Below are positions 9,942 to 20,430 of a stretch of DNA of 64,000 nt, in pieces (position 1 is the first letter of the stretch; the number at the start of each line of letters is the position of its first letter). The DNA comes from Clostridiaceae bacterium (GTDB lineage Bacteria > Bacillota > Clostridia > CAYPLH01 > DUMO01), in assembly GCA_012839865.1 (NCBI GenBank), contig DUMO01000083.1, forward strand, positions 22,254 to 86,253, read 5' to 3'. The notes beneath the pieces were generated by a model. The model had not been told where the DNA came from and searched no databases. It saw nothing but the letters and a program-made list of their open reading frames with translations. A program made the translations under genes and the position numbers.

Positions 9942-11960
9942 ATGAATGCAGTAAATTTGAGCAAAAATGAGAACATTGCAAATGTAATAAGAAAAAATGA
10001 AAAAAAAGCAGATAGAGCAGAAAAAGAAGAAAGAACAAAAAAAGAAATACCAGAAAAAGAAATACCAGAAAAAGAAGAAAGAGAAGAAAGAGTAGGGCAT
10101 GGTCATTCCCATCACGAAGGCAGCAGCCATAAAACCGTACGTTTTGCCCTCGGGGCTGTTTTATTTGCTGTATGCCTTATTTTAAGACTTAATTCAAAGG
10201 TTGAGATTATTTTATTTTCAGCAAGTTATCTCCTGGTTGGTTATGACGTGATTAAAAATGTGGCAGCCAATATATTCCGCGGAAGGTTTTTTGATGAAAA
10301 CTCCCTTATGTTCATTGCGACGATAGGTGCATTTTCAATTGGAGAATTTTCCGAAGGTGTTGCGGTAATGCTTTTTTATGAAGCAGGGGAGATGCTTCAG
10401 GAAAGAGCTGTAAATCATTCAAGAAAGTCAATAAAATCTCTTTTGGATATCAGGCCGGATTATGCAAACCTGAAAACAAACGGTTCAATTTTGAAAGTTT
10501 CGCCCTATGATGTAAAAATAGGAGATATTATATTAGTTAAGCCCGGTGAGCGTGTTCCCCTGGACGGAACGGTGGTTGACGGCAAATCCTTTATTGATAC
10601 CTCTGCCCTGACCGGAGAATCGGTACCCCGGGAAGTGGATGCGGGTGATGAAATTCTGTCAGGGTCCATAAACAAAAACGGTGTTCTCCATGTCAGGGTT
10701 GATAAGGAATACGGAGATTCCACTGCTTCCAAAATTCTGGAAATGGTTGAAAATGCGGAATCCCAAAAAGCAAAAACAGAGAGTTTCATAACAAGATTTT
10801 CAGTTTATTACACACCTGCTGTGGTTTTGGGAGCTATGCTTATAGCATTGATTCCTCCATTGGTTTTGCCGGGACAACATTTTTCCGACTGGCTCTACAG
10901 GGCTTTGGTGTTTCTGGTTATATCATGCCCCTGCGCCCTTGTGCTTTCAATACCGCTCAGCTACTTTGGCGGAATAGGTAGGGCTTCAAAGGCCGGGGTT
11001 CTTGTAAAGGGGGGCAATTATCTTGAAGCCCTGAACAATATAAGCACGATGGTTTTTGATAAAACCGGCACTATAACCAAAGGAGTTTTCAAAGTGGCCA
11101 AAATACACTCAGAGGGCCGGTTTTCAGAGGGTGAAATGCTTGAATATGCTGCAATGGCGGAAGCATACTCCGACCATCCGATAGCTGAAGCAATTTTAAG
11201 TGCATATGACAGACCTGTAGACAACAAAAGAATTGAAAAATATGAAGAAATTCCGGGGCTTGGGGTAAAGGCAAAAATTGATGGTACCGATCTGGTTGCC
11301 GGAAATATTAAACTTTTATATGCCGAGAATATCATATGTGATGAAGCAGATGAATATGGTACAATAGTGTATATCGGAATAGACGGAGTATATGCCGGGC
11401 ATATTGTCATTTCCGACGAAGTCAAGGAAGAGGTGCCGCATATGGCCCGGGACTTAAGGGAACTTGGAGTAAGAAAACTTGTTATTCTTACAGGGGACCG
11501 TCCGGGAGCGGCAAAGAAAATTGGCCTGGAAATGGGTTTTGATGAAGTATTCGAAAACCTTCTGCCTCATGAAAAGGTGGAAAAGTTGGAGAGTATTGCC
11601 GGCGGATTGAAATCAGGCAAACTGGCATTTGTCGGAGACGGGATAAATGATGCACCGGTGTTGGCGAGGGCGGATATAGGTATTGCCATGGGGGGCTTAG
11701 GTTCAGATGCGGCAATTGAAGCGGCAGATGTTGTGCTTATGACCGATGAGCTTTCAAAGATAGCCCACGGGGTAAGGATTGCAAGACAGACTCATAGAAT
11801 AGCATGGCAGAATATTGCACTTGCCCTTGCAATAAAAATTATAATTCTTCTGCTGGGTGCCAATGGTATGGCATCAATGTGGGAAGCCGTATTTGCGGAT
11901 GTAGGGGTCGCTATGTTGACAGTGCTAAACTCAATGCGCATTTTAAACATGAATGTTTAG
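9942..11960 (+). CDS. Heavy-metal-translocating P1B-type ATPase (Cd/Zn/Co-type, CPC motif). It has a His-rich N-terminal extension instead of a CxxC HMA domain.
   Basis: CPCALVLSIP (TM6 CPC), DKTGTIT, GDGINDAP, N-terminal HGHSHHEGSSH. A tandem KEIPE KEIPE repeat is visible in the DNA (10040-10075). Confidence 0.8.
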   Translation: MNAVNLSKNENIANVIRKNEKKADRAEKEERTKKEIPEKEIPEKEEREERVGHGHSHHEGSSHKTVRFALGAVLFAVCLILRLNSKVEIILFSASYLLVGYDVIKNVAANIFRGRFFDENSLMFIATIGAFSIGEFSEGVAVMLFYEAGEMLQERAVNHSRKSIKSLLDIRPDYANLKTNGSILKVSPYDVKIGDIILVKPGERVPLDGTVVDGKSFIDTSALTGESVPREVDAGDEILSGSINKNGVLHVRVDKEYGDSTASKILEMVENAESQKAKTESFITRFSVYYTPAVVLGAMLIALIPPLVLPGQHFSDWLYRALVFLVISCPCALVLSIPLSYFGGIGRASKAGVLVKGGNYLEALNNISTMVFDKTGTITKGVFKVAKIHSEGRFSEGEMLEYAAMAEAYSDHPIAEAILSAYDRPVDNKRIEKYEEIPGLGVKAKIDGTDLVAGNIKLLYAENIICDEADEYGTIVYIGIDGVYAGHIVISDEVKEEVPHMARDLRELGVRKLVILTGDRPGAAKKIGLEMGFDEVFENLLPHEKVEKLESIAGGLKSGKLAFVGDGINDAPVLARADIGIAMGGLGSDAAIEAADVVLMTDELSKIAHGVRIARQTHRIAWQNIALALAIKIIILLLGANGMASMWEAVFADVGVAMLTVLNSMRILNMNV

Positions 11961-11976
11961 TAAAGGAGACGATGCA

Positions 11977-12672
11977 ATGTTTGTACTTGGGTATGATTTG
12001 TTGAACAATGTAGTAGTGCCGGCAATCCGCCTGATTGCAGCTTGTATTTTGGGAGGTATTATTGGATACGAACGGGAAAACACCAACAGACCTGCGGGAT
12101 TCAGGACACACATACTGGTTTGTGTGGGCTCTGCGTTGGTAATGATTACATCAGAATTTTTGGTTGAAAGGTTCAGCGGTGTAGTAAATTTAGATCCACA
12201 AAGAATGGGGGCCCAGGTAATAAGCGGAATAGGTTTTCTTGGAGCAGGGACCATAATCCGCAACAGGTTTAGTGTAAAAGGGCTTACAACGGCAGCAAGC
12301 CTGTGGGCAGTCTCTTGCGTGGGTCTGGCAATCGGAACAGGTTTTTATGAGGGTGCAATCCTTGCAACATTGTTGATTTACATAACCCTTATATTATTAA
12401 AGAAGTTTGAAACCAAAGTTGCAATGAAAAAGGGAAAAATGGTCATTATTGTAAAGGGTGAGGACCGTCCCGGACAGATAGGTGACATAGGCAGAGTTTT
12501 CGAAGACCATCATGTCTCTATACAGAATATAGACATATTGAACGATGATGATGAGGATGAAGGAAAAATCACAGTCAGATTTTTGGTAAGGGTACCGAAA
12601 GATATTAATGTAAAGAGACTTTATGATGACTTAAGCTATGTCAAGGGCATAGACAGGGTTCTTGATAGTTGA
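11977..12672 (+). CDS. mgtC: MgtC/SapB-family membrane protein with a C-terminal ACT-like domain.
   Basis: MgtC N-terminal signature AIRLIAACILGGIIGYERE. The ORF opens at 11953, overlapping the ATPase stop. The RBS aaggag supports ATG 11977. Confidence 0.65.
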   Translation: MFVLGYDLLNNVVVPAIRLIAACILGGIIGYERENTNRPAGFRTHILVCVGSALVMITSEFLVERFSGVVNLDPQRMGAQVISGIGFLGAGTIIRNRFSVKGLTTAASLWAVSCVGLAIGTGFYEGAILATLLIYITLILLKKFETKVAMKKGKMVIIVKGEDRPGQIGDIGRVFEDHHVSIQNIDILNDDDEDEGKITVRFLVRVPKDINVKRLYDDLSYVKGIDRVLDS

Positions 12673-12764
12673 TTGCGCAATTCCAATCTCAAAAAAATAA
12701 TCATTGAAAAACGTATTCAAGTTTACATAGTTTCTGCTGGTGCGTTTTACGCAATATTTAGCGT

Positions 12765-12850
12765 ATACGCACCTTTTTGCTATTCTTACCTGATTTTCCG
12801 GTAAAATAAAGCCAATTGTTATTTTTCTGCATGCATTTCATTATGCATTT
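12765..12850. repeat. AT-rich dispersed intergenic repeat, copy 2 (long form, ~85 bp).
   Basis: acctttttgctattcttacctgattttccggtaaaataaagccaattgttatttttctGCATGcatttcatt. It aligns across ~75 bp with the copy at 26915-27015. Confidence 0.55.
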
Positions 12851-13023
12851 CATTTTTTTCAAATACCCGGTTTTGTATTGCAGTATTATCTGAATGATTA
12901 AACTAATGCATTTAATAGCAATAACCAACGAGTACTATTTTAAATTTTTAATGAATATTATAGGACAAGTGAAGAATATTTACGTCATTTTAAGTGATAA
13001 ATTTTAAATAAGGAGAGATACTC

Positions 13024-15744
13024 TTGAGCATGCTGGATTTAAAACCATTTTCCTTTCAAAAAAATGTTCAAAGCGGTTTGTCTGAAAAAGAAGCCAGGAA
13101 AAAATTATTAAAGTATGGGCCTAATGTAATGATACAGAAAAAAAATATTTCTGTATTTAAAATGCTCATTGGCCAGTTCAATGATTTTATGACACTGATT
13201 CTTCTCGCCTCAACATGTATTTCAATATTCATGGGGGAGGCTGTAGAAGCTGTTACAATTATTTGTATAGTTGTTATGAATGCAATTTTGGGCTTCATAC
13301 AGGAATATAGGGCCGAAAGAACCATGGAAGCGCTGAAAAAACTGGCGGCTCCTCTTGCAAATGTCATAAGAGACGGAAAAACCGTCTCCATCCCTGCGGA
13401 GGAAGTTGTTCCCGGAGATTTGGTTTTACTGGAGGCAGGTGACCGTGTTCCTGCCGACGCTGTTCTGATAGAAGCAAACGAGATGAAGGTTGATGAGTCT
13501 CTTCTTACCGGAGAATCCATTCCCGTTGATAAAAAAGTGTCCCCGGAGGAGCAGAAAAAAGACAAGGATTCCAGCAAAATTAATGAGATATACATGGGAA
13601 CGGTAGTCACCACGGGCAGAGGGCGCGCCATAGTCACAAAAACGGGTATGAACACGGAAATGGGAAAGATAGCTGATATGATACAGAACATAGAAGAAAC
13701 TGAGACGCCTCTCCAAAAGAGGCTGGATCACCTTGGCAAATATATAGTTTACGGGTGTCTTACTGTATGTGCAATTGTTTCACTGACAGGGGTCTTAAGG
13801 GGTGAAGAGCTCTATACCATGCTGATGGCAGGTATAAGCCTGGCTGTTGCTGCAGTTCCTGAAGGGCTTCCGGCAACCGTGACCATTGCCCTGGCTCTTG
13901 GAGTCCAGCGGATGGTCAAAAGAAAAGCCCTTGTAAGGAAATTGCCGGCTGTGGAAACCCTGGGATGTGCAACTGTCATATGTTCGGATAAGACTGGAAC
14001 CCTCACTGAAAACAAAATGACTGTAAGAAAAATCTTTTCAGGGCGGAATATATATGAATTAAAAGGCAGCGGCACTTCAACTGAAGGAGATTTTGTTTTA
14101 AACGGCAAGACAACAGATCCGGGCAGGGACGATGTCCTTATGATGGCTTTGAGAATCGGTGGAATTTGCAATAATGCAAAAATGGACAGGACGGAAGGAG
14201 AACAGGATGAATCCTTGATATTTCCAAAACAGTCTTTTCGCAGGCAGCCAAAATGGGAGATTACAGGAGACCCTACCGAAGCTGCATTGCTTGTTGCAGC
14301 AGCCAAAGGAGGTCTGATAGGTGAAAAGCTTTATGGAGATTTCAAACGTACAGGGGAGATTCCCTTTGATTCCGAAAGAAAGTGCATGTCGGTTATTTGT
14401 GAAGGGTACAGGGGAGGTACATATTTATTCACCAAAGGAGCTCCTGATGTTATAATCCAAAAGTGCTCGAGAATTTTAACCCCGAGGGGGGAAGCAGTAC
14501 TAAGTCCTCAGGAAGCAGGCAGGATTCTGAGGGTAAATGACACCATGGCCCGGGAAGCCCTCAGGGTTCTTGCGGTGGCGTACAGAAAGCTGCCTGGAAA
14601 AACAGAGCCGAAAAGCGAATTGGAAAGGGATCTTGTATTTTGCGGCCTGGTTGGAATGATTGACCCTCCAAGGCATGAAGTCCGGGAAGCTGTCCGCAAA
14701 TGCCGTACGGCAGGAATAAAGCCTGTGATGATAACCGGGGACCATAAGATAACAGCGGCGGCAATAGCAAAGGAACTTAATATTCTGGAAGAAGGAGATA
14801 TAATAATGACAGGCTCCGAGCTGGATGAAATAAACGACAGGGAGCTTTCAGAAAAAATTGACCGCATTTCGGTTTATGCCAGGGTGTCTCCAAAGCACAA
14901 GCTGAGGATTGTACGGCTTCTTAAAAAGTCAGGCCATGTGGCGGCAATGACCGGTGACGGGGTTAATGACGCACCTGCTGTAAAAGAGGCCGATATAGGT
15001 GTTGCAATGGGAATCATGGGTACCGATGTAACCAAAGAGGCTTCTTCAATGATACTAATGAATGACAACTTCTCCACCATAGTGGCTGCTATTGAAGAGG
15101 GCAGAACAATATATGGAAATATCAGAAAGTTCATAAGATATCTTCTTGCATGCAATATAGGAGAAGTGCTGACAATGTTTCTTGGGATGCTTTTAGGTCT
15201 TCCGATACCTCTTCTTCCGATTCATATACTCTGGATAAACCTTGTTACCGACGGGCTGCCGGCAATAGCCCTGGGCTTTGAACCTGCTGAAAAAGATATC
15301 ATGATGCAGCCTCCAAGGGACACAAAGGAGAGTATATTTGCAAGAGGACTTACAGAGCTAATCCTGTTCAGGGGAATTTTTCTCGGACTTAGTACCCTGG
15401 CTGTTTTCACAACCACCCTCTATTTTACCGGAGATGTTGCAAGGGCAAGGACCGCGGCCTTTGCCACCCTTGTTCTTACGCAGCTTATACATGTATTCGA
15501 ATGCAAATCGGAGAAAAGGAATATATTTGAGATTCCGTTTTTAAACAATATTGCGCTTATACTGGCGGTGTGCTGCTCTCTTTCAATGCTTTTGGCAGTA
15601 ATATATATTCCTGCTTTGAGAGGAATCTTCAAAACAGTCAGCCTGCTTTCATCCGATTGGACCATAATTTTAGGGTTTTCATTTTTAGGACCTGTGCTGG
15701 CCAGCCTGTTCATCTCCAAGCGACGGTCAGGCCGGAAGAAATAA
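13024..15744 (+). CDS. Cation-transporting P2-type ATPase (Ca2+-ATPase, PMCA/SERCA-like).
   Basis: DKTGTLTENKM, TGDGVNDAPA, ten predicted TM segments, 906 aa. TTG 13024 or ATG 13030 could be the start. Confidence 0.8.
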   Translation: MSMLDLKPFSFQKNVQSGLSEKEARKKLLKYGPNVMIQKKNISVFKMLIGQFNDFMTLILLASTCISIFMGEAVEAVTIICIVVMNAILGFIQEYRAERTMEALKKLAAPLANVIRDGKTVSIPAEEVVPGDLVLLEAGDRVPADAVLIEANEMKVDESLLTGESIPVDKKVSPEEQKKDKDSSKINEIYMGTVVTTGRGRAIVTKTGMNTEMGKIADMIQNIEETETPLQKRLDHLGKYIVYGCLTVCAIVSLTGVLRGEELYTMLMAGISLAVAAVPEGLPATVTIALALGVQRMVKRKALVRKLPAVETLGCATVICSDKTGTLTENKMTVRKIFSGRNIYELKGSGTSTEGDFVLNGKTTDPGRDDVLMMALRIGGICNNAKMDRTEGEQDESLIFPKQSFRRQPKWEITGDPTEAALLVAAAKGGLIGEKLYGDFKRTGEIPFDSERKCMSVICEGYRGGTYLFTKGAPDVIIQKCSRILTPRGEAVLSPQEAGRILRVNDTMAREALRVLAVAYRKLPGKTEPKSELERDLVFCGLVGMIDPPRHEVREAVRKCRTAGIKPVMITGDHKITAAAIAKELNILEEGDIIMTGSELDEINDRELSEKIDRISVYARVSPKHKLRIVRLLKKSGHVAAMTGDGVNDAPAVKEADIGVAMGIMGTDVTKEASSMILMNDNFSTIVAAIEEGRTIYGNIRKFIRYLLACNIGEVLTMFLGMLLGLPIPLLPIHILWINLVTDGLPAIALGFEPAEKDIMMQPPRDTKESIFARGLTELILFRGIFLGLSTLAVFTTTLYFTGDVARARTAAFATLVLTQLIHVFECKSEKRNIFEIPFLNNIALILAVCCSLSMLLAVIYIPALRGIFKTVSLLSSDWTIILGFSFLGPVLASLFISKRRSGRKK

Positions 15745-15767
15745 ATCCAACTCTGATAAAAAACGGG

Positions 15768-15796
15768 CACAGGCCCGTTTTTTTTGTTGAACTTTA
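15768..15796 (+). terminator. Rho-independent terminator after the Ca-ATPase.
   Basis: aaaaacgggcacaggcccgtttttttt. Confidence 0.7.
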
Positions 15797-15912
15797 TCAA
15801 TTCATAAAATTAGTTACAATTTGTTCACATTTTATTCAAAGGTTTTGTTCATAATTGTAAGGGTAATGTTTTATGAAAGGCCTTTGCAAGACTATTATCA
15901 GGGGGGAAGCAA

Positions 15913-16860
15913 ATGATAGAAATCATCGATCTGACCAAGAATTATGGTCTGGTAACCGGTGTAAAGAATCTTAATTTTACAGTTGAAAAAGGCGAGATTC
16001 TCGGTTTCCTTGGACCTAATGGCGCGGGAAAATCTACAACGATGAACATTATTACCGGTTTTATTCCTTCTACCAGCGGTACTGTTAAAGTGTGCGGTTA
16101 TGACATACTTGATGAGCCCAGAGAGGTTAAAAAAAGGATTGGTTACATGCCTGAACAGCCTCCTCTTTATTTTGACATGGTGGTAAAGGACTATCTGGAC
16201 TTTGTCTGCGACCTCAAACTTGTTGACAAGAGGAAGAAAAAGAGTCAGATAAGCGACATAATGGAACTGGTAAAAATAACTCATGTTAAAGACAGGTTGA
16301 TTAAAAACCTGTCAAAGGGATATAAGCAGAGAGTCGGTTTGGCACAGGCTCTTGTCGGGAACCCGGAAGTTATTATTCTTGACGAGCCTACAGTCGGCCT
16401 TGACCCTAAACAGATCATTGAAATGCGCAAGCTTATTAAAGCTTTGGGCAAAGACCACACAGTTATTCTGAGTTCTCACATTTTACCTGAAGTAAGTGCG
16501 GTATGTGACCGGGTGGTTATCATAAACCAGGGTGAAATTGCAGCTGTTGATACACCTGAAAACCTGTCCAAGGGTTTTGGAAAATCCTCTAAATTTACAA
16601 TAAGGATAGCGGGACCTCAAAAGTCTGTATTCAACCTGCTTAAACAAGTATACGGAATCAGGTATGTTGATGTTCATGCAAGCAATGAGAAAGACATTTG
16701 CGATTACATTATTGAAACCGAAAAGGATATCGATGTTCGCAGACCTGTATTCTTTGAGCTTGCGAAGGTAGGTTATCCGATACTTGAACTCAAATCCCTG
16801 GATATGTCTCTTGAAGATATATTCCTGAGAATAGTGACCAATGAGAAGGAGGTTGAATAA
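15913..16860 (+). CDS. ABC transporter ATP-binding protein (ABC-2 type).
   Basis: Walker A GPNGAGKST, signature LSKGYKQRVGLAQAL, Walker B ILDEPT. Confidence 0.85.
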   Translation: MIEIIDLTKNYGLVTGVKNLNFTVEKGEILGFLGPNGAGKSTTMNIITGFIPSTSGTVKVCGYDILDEPREVKKRIGYMPEQPPLYFDMVVKDYLDFVCDLKLVDKRKKKSQISDIMELVKITHVKDRLIKNLSKGYKQRVGLAQALVGNPEVIILDEPTVGLDPKQIIEMRKLIKALGKDHTVILSSHILPEVSAVCDRVVIINQGEIAAVDTPENLSKGFGKSSKFTIRIAGPQKSVFNLLKQVYGIRYVDVHASNEKDICDYIIETEKDIDVRRPVFFELAKVGYPILELKSLDMSLEDIFLRIVTNEKEVE

Positions 16861-16862
16861 CT

Positions 16863-17567
16863 ATGTTGGCGGTTTTTAAAAGAGAGGTCAGAGCATATTT
16901 TTATTCTCCTATAGCTTATGTGCTGATAGGGTTTTATATATTGCTTTGTTCAATATTTTTCCTGCCGAATTTGTACGGAGGACGTGCTGACTTTAACTCA
17001 AACCTTTCCAGTATGGGATTCCTGCTTTTATTTATTGTACCCATACTGACCATGAGGATATACGCCGAAGACAGGAAAAACGGCACCGAGGTATTGTTAA
17101 TGACTACTCCGGTTAGACTCACCGGTGTTGTGCTCGGTAAATACTTCGCCGTACTTTTCGTATTTCTTGTAATGACAGCTATTACCCTTATTTATCCGAT
17201 AATACTTGCAATTTTCGGAAATCCGCCGGTATCGCAGATAGTAGGCGGATATGTGGGCTTTATACTTCTTGGTGCAACATTCATTTCCATAGGCGTATTT
17301 GCATCTTCTCTTACCGAAAACCAGATAATCGCTGCAGTGGTAGCCTTTGTAATGCTGCTTGTAATGTGGCTTATGGACGCTATTTCAAGCATGCTCAGCG
17401 GACTTCTGTCCAAGGCCTTGAGCTGGTTCTCATTGTTGGCAAGATATAGCGAATTCAATCTCGGAATATTGAACATAAGCCCGATAGTATATTATTTGAG
17501 CTTCACAGCAGTATTCATATTCTTAACGGTCAGAGTAATTGAAAAAAGACGCTGGAGTCAGGGGTGA
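16863..17567 (+). CDS. ABC-2 family transporter permease.
   Basis: Six hydrophobic segments. It is translationally coupled to the ATPase. Confidence 0.7.
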   Translation: MLAVFKREVRAYFYSPIAYVLIGFYILLCSIFFLPNLYGGRADFNSNLSSMGFLLLFIVPILTMRIYAEDRKNGTEVLLMTTPVRLTGVVLGKYFAVLFVFLVMTAITLIYPIILAIFGNPPVSQIVGGYVGFILLGATFISIGVFASSLTENQIIAAVVAFVMLLVMWLMDAISSMLSGLLSKALSWFSLLARYSEFNLGILNISPIVYYLSFTAVFIFLTVRVIEKRRWSQG

Positions 17568-19042
17568 TGGCTATGAAATTAAATTTGAATTTTAAAGAAA
17601 TATTTAGCAAACTTTCTAAAAGCAAAAGCCTCAAATACGGTTCATATTCAATAATAATGACGGCTATTGTTGTTGCTCTTGCAATTGTGGCAAATTTGCT
17701 TGTTGATTTGACAGAGTTAAAATGGGATCTTACACCTGAGAAGCTTTATTCTATCGGTGATGAAACTTTTAAAATTTTGGACAGCCTGGATAAGGATATA
17801 GAGATAATTGGTTTATTTGACGACAGTAAAATAAATGACAATGTGGATCTTAAAGAAATTGATGAAATGCTCAACCAGTATGAAAAGAGGAGCGACCGTA
17901 TCAAAGTCAAATATATTGATCCGGATAAAAACCCTGGCATATACAAGGAACTTGATCCGGATGAGCTTAAGAATATATCCGCCTATGACTTTGTTGTAAG
18001 GTGCGGTAATAAAATAAAGGTTGTCAAGTATTACGACATGTTTGAATATACCTATAGTTCAGATTATCTTAACAGGTATGTTACCGGTTCCAAAATTGAA
18101 CCTGCAGTAACAGGCGCAATTAAATATGTGACAGCCGAATATACACCTGCAATATATTTTCTTTCAGGGCATAGTGAGAGGTCCCTCGACAGTGAATATA
18201 CGATAGTTAAGGAATTCCTTGACAGGAATAACTTTGAAGTAAAGGAGCTTAACTTGTTAACCGAGGACAAGGTGCCTGACAATGCGGAGATTGTTGTAGT
18301 GATAAGCCCGCAGAAAGACCTTTCCGCTGCTGAAAGGGAAAAGCTTATGGACTACCTGGACAACGGAGGACATGCCATAATGATTTTCGATCCTATCAGC
18401 CAGGATCCGGATTTGACATATTTCCAGAGCATACTTGAGGGTTATGGAGTTTCATTAAATTATGACATAGTTAATGAAAACGAGCAGTATATGTATTATC
18501 CCAACAGTCCAACAGCCCTTATTCCCAGCATTAAAAGCACAGATATCAGCAGTGACCTGGTAAACGCAGGTATTCCTTTACTGTTTCCGGATAGCAGAAG
18601 TATAAATATTCTGAAAAATACCAAGGAATATATTGAAGTTACTCCGGTTATTGTTACCAGTGACAAGGCCACCGGAAGGCTTATTGATTCTTCCAGAGGC
18701 GCTGATGTACCGGGTCCCTTGAACATTGCAGTCATGGTGGAAGACAAGGGAGGATATGAGGTTTCAAAGCTTGTGGTATTCGGAGACGGCGACTTCCTAA
18801 CCGATTCAATGATAGAGAGCTTTACCCAGGGTGGTATATACCTGTTCTTAACAACAGTCCAGTGGATGTCTGACAAACAGGATAACGACGTATTAATCCG
18901 TCCCAAAAAGTATGAAGTACGCAGACTGGACAATATCAACCAGCTTCAGGCAAACATGCTGGCCGCTGTGGTTACAATTGTACTTCCTTTGCTGATTCTG
19001 GGTACCGGCATCTTCGTATGGGTGAGGAGGAGACATCTATGA
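17567..19042 (+). CDS. GldG-like ABC-transport auxiliary component (ABC_transp_aux family).
   Basis: An N-terminal TM anchor, a large extracytoplasmic domain and a C-terminal TM (VVTIVLPLLILGTGIFVWV). It sits in the typical position after the ABC-2 permease. Confidence 0.6.
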   Translation: MAMKLNLNFKEIFSKLSKSKSLKYGSYSIIMTAIVVALAIVANLLVDLTELKWDLTPEKLYSIGDETFKILDSLDKDIEIIGLFDDSKINDNVDLKEIDEMLNQYEKRSDRIKVKYIDPDKNPGIYKELDPDELKNISAYDFVVRCGNKIKVVKYYDMFEYTYSSDYLNRYVTGSKIEPAVTGAIKYVTAEYTPAIYFLSGHSERSLDSEYTIVKEFLDRNNFEVKELNLLTEDKVPDNAEIVVVISPQKDLSAAEREKLMDYLDNGGHAIMIFDPISQDPDLTYFQSILEGYGVSLNYDIVNENEQYMYYPNSPTALIPSIKSTDISSDLVNAGIPLLFPDSRSINILKNTKEYIEVTPVIVTSDKATGRLIDSSRGADVPGPLNIAVMVEDKGGYEVSKLVVFGDGDFLTDSMIESFTQGGIYLFLTTVQWMSDKQDNDVLIRPKKYEVRRLDNINQLQANMLAAVVTIVLPLLILGTGIFVWVRRRHL

Positions 19043-20430
19043 AATTGTACAGAAATGCAATTATACTGGTTGTTGTCCTCGCAGTAGCCCTTGGCGCGTT
19101 CTATTTTCTCAAAAACAGGACTACGGAAGAAAATGACAACGGGAGCGTCACACCCGCAAAATATGAAAAAATAACGGACTTTGATTCGCTTTCAGTTGAG
19201 AAGATATCTGTAAAGTATCCTGACAAGGAGATTGTGTTGACCAAGACCGGTGATGATGAATGGCAGCTTGAGTCCAACAAGGAATTGAAACTGAACAGCA
19301 GCCGTGTAAGAAGCATTGCAATAAGGATGTCATCAATTTTTCCTGAAAAGGAGATAGAGGAAAACCCAAAGGACCTATCAGTATATGGCCTTGACAACCC
19401 GGTCCTTGCGACCTGCTGGCTTAGTGACGGTTCAATGCACCAAATCATGATTGGTGACATGACTCCTACCAAAGGTGCATATTATGGCATGGTCCCCGGA
19501 ACAGACAAGGTATATACAATAAGCACCTATGATGCGGGGGGGATTTTGGTATCGGTTAATGATCTGAAGCTTACAACATTGTTTGAAGTGACTATGGAAG
19601 ATCTTGTGAAACTTGAACTGGAAAGGAACGGTCAGCTTGTCTTCAGCTCCTATAAGGAAGAAGATGAATGGAGGCTTTCACATCCTCTTAAAGCAAAGGC
19701 TAGCTATACCAGATTATATGAAATAGGCGATGCGATTTCCCAGTTCCAGGTCAAGGCGTATGAGCAGGACAGTTCAGACCTGGCGTCTTTTGGCCTTGAC
19801 AATCCGAAGTATGCGCTGACCTTTGGCACCAAGGACAACGAATACCGCATGTTGTTCGGCATTGAAAAGGGCTCAGATATTTATGCTAAAATGGATGGCA
19901 GCGACGACGTGTTCAAGCTTGATGTTTCTCTGGTGAACTTTCTGGACGTTCCGATTGAGGAGGTTGTGGATTCCTTTGTAGCTCTTCCCAACATTATGGA
20001 TGTGGAGAAAGTCGTTGTGGAGATTGACGGGTACACCGATGTTTCGGAAATTTATGTCGATCCCGAAGACTCTGATAAGGACAGCTTCAAGTTTAACGGG
20101 AAGGACGCAAATGTCAAAAATGAAAAAGGAGATTTCTTATATAAGAAATACTACCAGGGACTTTTGACTGCAGGCATCCGGGATGAAGTTGATATTGACG
20201 GCAATCCCCAGGGAGATGCGGAAGTGACCATAACCTACTATAAAACAGACGGGGAAGTAATTAAAATTGAATTTGTTCCAAGAGACGAGTTCTATTACTA
20301 CATGGTGAGAAACGGAGAGTATACGGGGCTTGTTGTCAACAAGAAAAAGCTGAGCGCAAACAATGCGGAAAGCATTAGAGCTACAAGACAAGCTCTGGTT
20401 GAGGCAATGGAAAAAGAAGCAGCTGAGTAA
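19039..20430 (+). CDS. DUF4340-family protein, the fourth gene of the ABC-2/GldG module.
   Basis: An N-terminal TM anchor. It is the conserved partner of GldG-like proteins. The ORF opens at 19018 and the RBS ggaggag supports ATG 19039. Confidence 0.55.
   Translation: MKLYRNAIILVVVLAVALGAFYFLKNRTTEENDNGSVTPAKYEKITDFDSLSVEKISVKYPDKEIVLTKTGDDEWQLESNKELKLNSSRVRSIAIRMSSIFPEKEIEENPKDLSVYGLDNPVLATCWLSDGSMHQIMIGDMTPTKGAYYGMVPGTDKVYTISTYDAGGILVSVNDLKLTTLFEVTMEDLVKLELERNGQLVFSSYKEEDEWRLSHPLKAKASYTRLYEIGDAISQFQVKAYEQDSSDLASFGLDNPKYALTFGTKDNEYRMLFGIEKGSDIYAKMDGSDDVFKLDVSLVNFLDVPIEEVVDSFVALPNIMDVEKVVVEIDGYTDVSEIYVDPEDSDKDSFKFNGKDANVKNEKGDFLYKKYYQGLLTAGIRDEVDIDGNPQGDAEVTITYYKTDGEVIKIEFVPRDEFYYYMVRNGEYTGLVVNKKKLSANNAESIRATRQALVEAMEKEAAE

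Noticed and set aside
13068-14306. Several minus-strand ORFs (13068-13691, 13426-13731, 13812-14306) antisense to the Ca-ATPase gene.
   Set aside because: They overlap a strongly supported P-type ATPase CDS. They have no RBS or motifs, and their Ser/Pro-rich composition is a mirror-frame artefact.
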